The notes under the pieces are model-generated. The model was given only the letters and a program-made list of their open reading frames with translations. It ran no database searches and was not told the DNA's origin. DNA of 64,000 bases, taken from NCBI GenBank assembly GCA_009103225.1, contig RHPI01003491.1, positions 26,601 through 90,600 of the forward strand. Reading direction: 5' to 3'. Positions 60,501 through 64,000 of the stretch are shown one piece after another. Each line of letters starts with the position of its first letter. Position 1 is the first letter of the stretch. The position numbers and the translations under genes were made by a program. The DNA is from Chlorokybus atmophyticus (taxonomy: Eukaryota > Plantae > Mesostigma and Chlorokybus algae).

Positions 60501-63341
60501 TCTTCCATGCGAGCATCCTCCATCTCCACTAACACACTACACTCCGCTTCCGAATGAAAAGTGTAAACGCCTACACACTTCCTCTTGCACCTTCATAAAC
60601 CGTGCTCCGATACCAGTTGTCACGGTGCTCGTGCCTTGTCACTTGTGAGTTGGTCCAATCAACAACCCTCTCACAAAGACACGGTATTCACACCGGAACC
60701 TTGCCCCCTCTGCCAAGCACACACGCGCGCCCCGCCACTCGCGTACGCACGCACATGCGTTCCAAGCTACACACCGACTTGTGTAGTGCCTTGGATCGTC
60801 ACAAGCAAGCATATACCAGTGGGCACACGCTAGCAACCCCTGCTAACCACCACCAAGCTTGCACACCAGAAACTAGGGGGAGCTAAAGGTTGTATTGCAA
60901 ATTGTAGAATGTCACTTTTATACCTACCAGTCTGCACGTGCTACTGTCTAGACGATTCTAGCGCTAGACGGAACTAGAAGCTAAGATATTTTTGCAGACT
61001 CTTGTAGTACACTTCTAGACCTTTCCGACGCACCAAAGATCTCCTCATTTGCTGCTCATATGGTCAAGTTATACTACTTGGCGCCAGGCCCTTCCAGAAA
61101 TCTGGTCGAGCCCTTCTCGACTGGCCCTCCGTTTTCTGAAGTCTTCCAGACTGGCCCTGGGCCGGTCGATATCTGCGGCAGACTCCCAACTCGCCGGTAA
61201 CGTCGCAGTCATGAAAAACATGATACCTCACAAATAAGGCCTAAATGGCCATGAAAATCACGACATTTAGCCTTGACTATTACAGCTGTGGGGAGATCCT
61301 CCGAACCTGCTTGAGCAGGCGAAACTGGGACTGGCAGTACGGGCCTGCGAGGGGGGGCTGGTTGTCGGCATTCAGTTGGAGCAGCCGGCCTGCGCGCCTG
61401 CAGCTAAGGGCACGCTTCTCTGTCGTGGCCTTCCTGTGCACAGTTGAAGCAGGTGAGAGGGGATTTCGGTGTGAGAACCGTGACAATGGTCTCGCACGCA
61501 ACGCCTAACTTCTTGTAAGTGAAGTGCGGCTTCTTGGGAAGCGTGCACCCGGGGATGGGAAGGAATAAAAACCGGCAGCCAGAGTGGAGAAGAGTGCAAC
61601 ATTTGATGACGAAAGCATGGTGCGACCAAGCTCACCATAGCTGCGCAGCGCCTCTTTAAGAAAAGGCTCAACCATCTCCGTAGCCCCAAGAAAAGAGACC
61701 CAGCCCCGCACTCAGCCCGTGCTGCGTCCCGGAGAACACGCACTGGCTGTTCGTGGAAGGATGGAAGAGAGCGTGTGTCTGCTCTTGACAGGATTTCAAA
61801 GCAAGCCGTAGGGAGAATGGAGATTACAGTGAACTCCCCGCGTAGTACATCATGGATAGAGAAGATCATGGAGCTGCCATAACCAGCCGTGCACGCAATG
61901 TAACCATGTAATCCGGACAGATGTAACCAAGGCTAGAGATGGTGTAAATGGGAAGATAAAAATTATGCAGGAAGCACGCATATGTGTATGCCACATGTCT
62001 ACGTGCGCATTTAACAGTGAGAATCTAGCCATGCTAGAAGCATCATGTAGCATAGCAGCAGCGACGGAATCAGGTGAGTTATGTATTACTGCGCAAATTA
62101 CATCTGTGCGGAGGCAGAAGAGGGGGAGGAGGATGGTGGTTCAGCTTCTGGAGGTGCAAAAGGCTTGATCGGACTGAGCGGAGGCGAGGATCGCCCTCCA
62201 TTCAGGCAGGAGCAGGCGGACGGGGGAGAGAAGAGAGATTTCCTTCCATGGGGGTAGGGGAAGGGGTGCAGAGGGAGAGGGGAGGCGAGGGACAGGTGGA
62301 GGGAGATTAGAAGACATCTAGGGCATCTACGCCCACCAAAGAAGCAGCAGGCTGCACTGCAGCTCCCTGTCCAACTGAGTGACGAATATAGCTTGGTCAA
62401 CGCCTGGTGCGACGGAAAAAGTCAAAGAAAGGACGAGGAGGGAGAGCGCAGGAGGCCTGGCATTAGCCAGTAGCCATACCCTCCTCCCCCGAGTGAAGAG
62501 ACCGCAGAGGACGCGAAGGGGGAAGAAGATCGCCGCCGCCCGCCAGCACCCAAGCCATGCAAGCATGCATACACGCACGGTGTGCTGAGTGCTCCTACTA
62601 TAAGCCTTCATGCACAAATGATCTTAATTAATTATTAAGAGACCCACCGTAATGATTGTGTATACATAACGGTAGTTTACTTGCTGAGCTAGTATTTGTT
62701 GATGACTGCGTGTGTGCAAGTATCAAGTGTCATATCCTATCATGCGCAACGCAATCGCGCAACTTCAATACAACCACATACATGTGTTCACTCGTGCTAC
62801 AAATGATTGAACATATGCATATTGTGCAGAGTTAATATATTTGCACAATACATTACACAACATGTTTGCTATGCAGCGGATATACCGATTGACTCAATCC
62901 GTATAACCGCACACATTTTGGAGACTGGTGACTGGTGACTGCACGTGATACATCGAAAGTATCATGCAAATATTCATGGCACATATGAAGAACCCAACCA
63001 TGCGCAATACTGTAAGTGTGGACTAGAGCACACTCAAGGTGCACTTGATAAAGGCTTCACTCAAGAGAGCTCATGCATGTAAGTTGTCCGTTATTAACGA
63101 GCTAATCATCGTTGATGTGAGTCACATTAACATAAAACATAACATAACATATTAGGTCAACTGGAAATATTTTATCAAATCGGTAATCTTTGCTGCATCG
63201 AAGATGACAATGCTGATAGTTAGCAGAATTGCACTGTACAATTAATGTTATAGTACAATGTCTATATGACAGTTGATACCATATCCACCCATTTTTGCAA
63301 ACGACGACGTCATTCAAGTTGCTATTCGCTATCAACGGTTG

Positions 63342-63426
63342 ATGCTTATCACATCAATGCAACAACAGCTACTCGCCGTAACACTGATACGGCGAGAAGC
63401 TGTTGTTGCATTAGTGTGATAAGCAT
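63342..63426. repeat. Inverted repeat/hairpin, copy 2 (no preceding duplication)
   Basis: atgcttatcacatcaatgcaacaacagctactcgccgta acactga tacggcgagaagctgttgttgcattagtgtgataagcat. Confidence 0.9.
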
Positions 63427-64000
63427 GAATCCACATTGCTCAAAAATGTTTGCTTTTCAAATTGTAAGCAAAATCGAATTGTGTAATTTATCATGCTCAC
63501 ATGCGAGTCGCATCCAAGGTTATTCGCCAGGGTTTAAAAACATATAATGTATATGAGGGATGTTACTACCATAGCTCAATGGTCTGCGCTATAACACATT
63601 GTTGCGTGAGAGGGCAGATTGGAGAACGTCATGTACTTATTAGCAAATAACAACGGTATGTTCATCCCATGAATTGATGACAAAGCTGCAGTACACGGAA
63701 TCGTTAAATTCTCGTCGCTGAACCATACCAGTTCAACATTTAACTTGCAGCAATTGACATGTGTGATTTTGCAACCTTACCATATTTATCAAAGCAACCA
63801 CATTTAAAAAGTGTTATGCGAGCCGCATCATCATAGTGTCTTCTCGGATCTTTATGCAAGCGAGTATACTTATGCTGTGTTGAGATTGTTCTATAATGTA
63901 CAATTAGCCACTCTTGGATCTATATATTGCCACCCTTGTAAGTTCATCATGTGTATCATTTTCATATGCTTACAAGCCTACAAACAAAGGAAGCCCTCCC

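Larger units (their letters stand above)
45058..61284 (-). mobile_element. Old Ty3/Gypsy chromovirus, copy 2 (interrupted by the DNMT element)
   Basis: LTRs 45058-45728 and 60618-61284, flanks GCAGT/GCTGT (4/5 TSD). Broken pol at 45730-47603 and 57839-59480, gag at 59495-60535. Empty site gttcACCTTtatc near 59125. Confidence 0.92.
28820..64000. repeat. Segmental duplication, copy 2
   Basis: Same order of LRR gene, LINE, TRIM, solo LTR, old chromovirus and hairpin as 3050-27945. Confidence 0.95.

Noticed and set aside
1-64000. tRNA, rRNA or organellar insertions
   Set aside because: None recognisable by eye. Only PBS motifs and one B-box-like motif were seen.

Overview
Eukaryotic nuclear DNA with GT-AG introns, plant-type LRRs and chromoviral LTR elements; a streptophyte/green alga is my inference, not proven. 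The window is two tandem copies of one segment (copy 1 about 3050-27945, copy 2 about 28820-64000) separated by a 343-N gap. Both copies carry a 12-exon secreted LRR gene, a decayed L1-type LINE, a TRIM, a solo LTR and an old Ty3/Gypsy chromovirus. They differ by independent insertions with intact target-site duplications. Copy 1 has a young, apparently intact chromovirus (16974-23022). Copy 2 has a 4.2-kb CACTA element (33833-38007) and a 10.2-kb Gypsy-type retroelement (47604-57838). The highlight is that 10.2-kb element. Its decayed polyprotein reads gag - long unknown region - aspartic protease - C5 cytosine DNA methyltransferase - RT - RNase H - integrase - PHD finger. It has TGTC...GACA ends and a 4-bp TSD, but I could find no matching LTR pair. 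All alignments and translations were done by eye.
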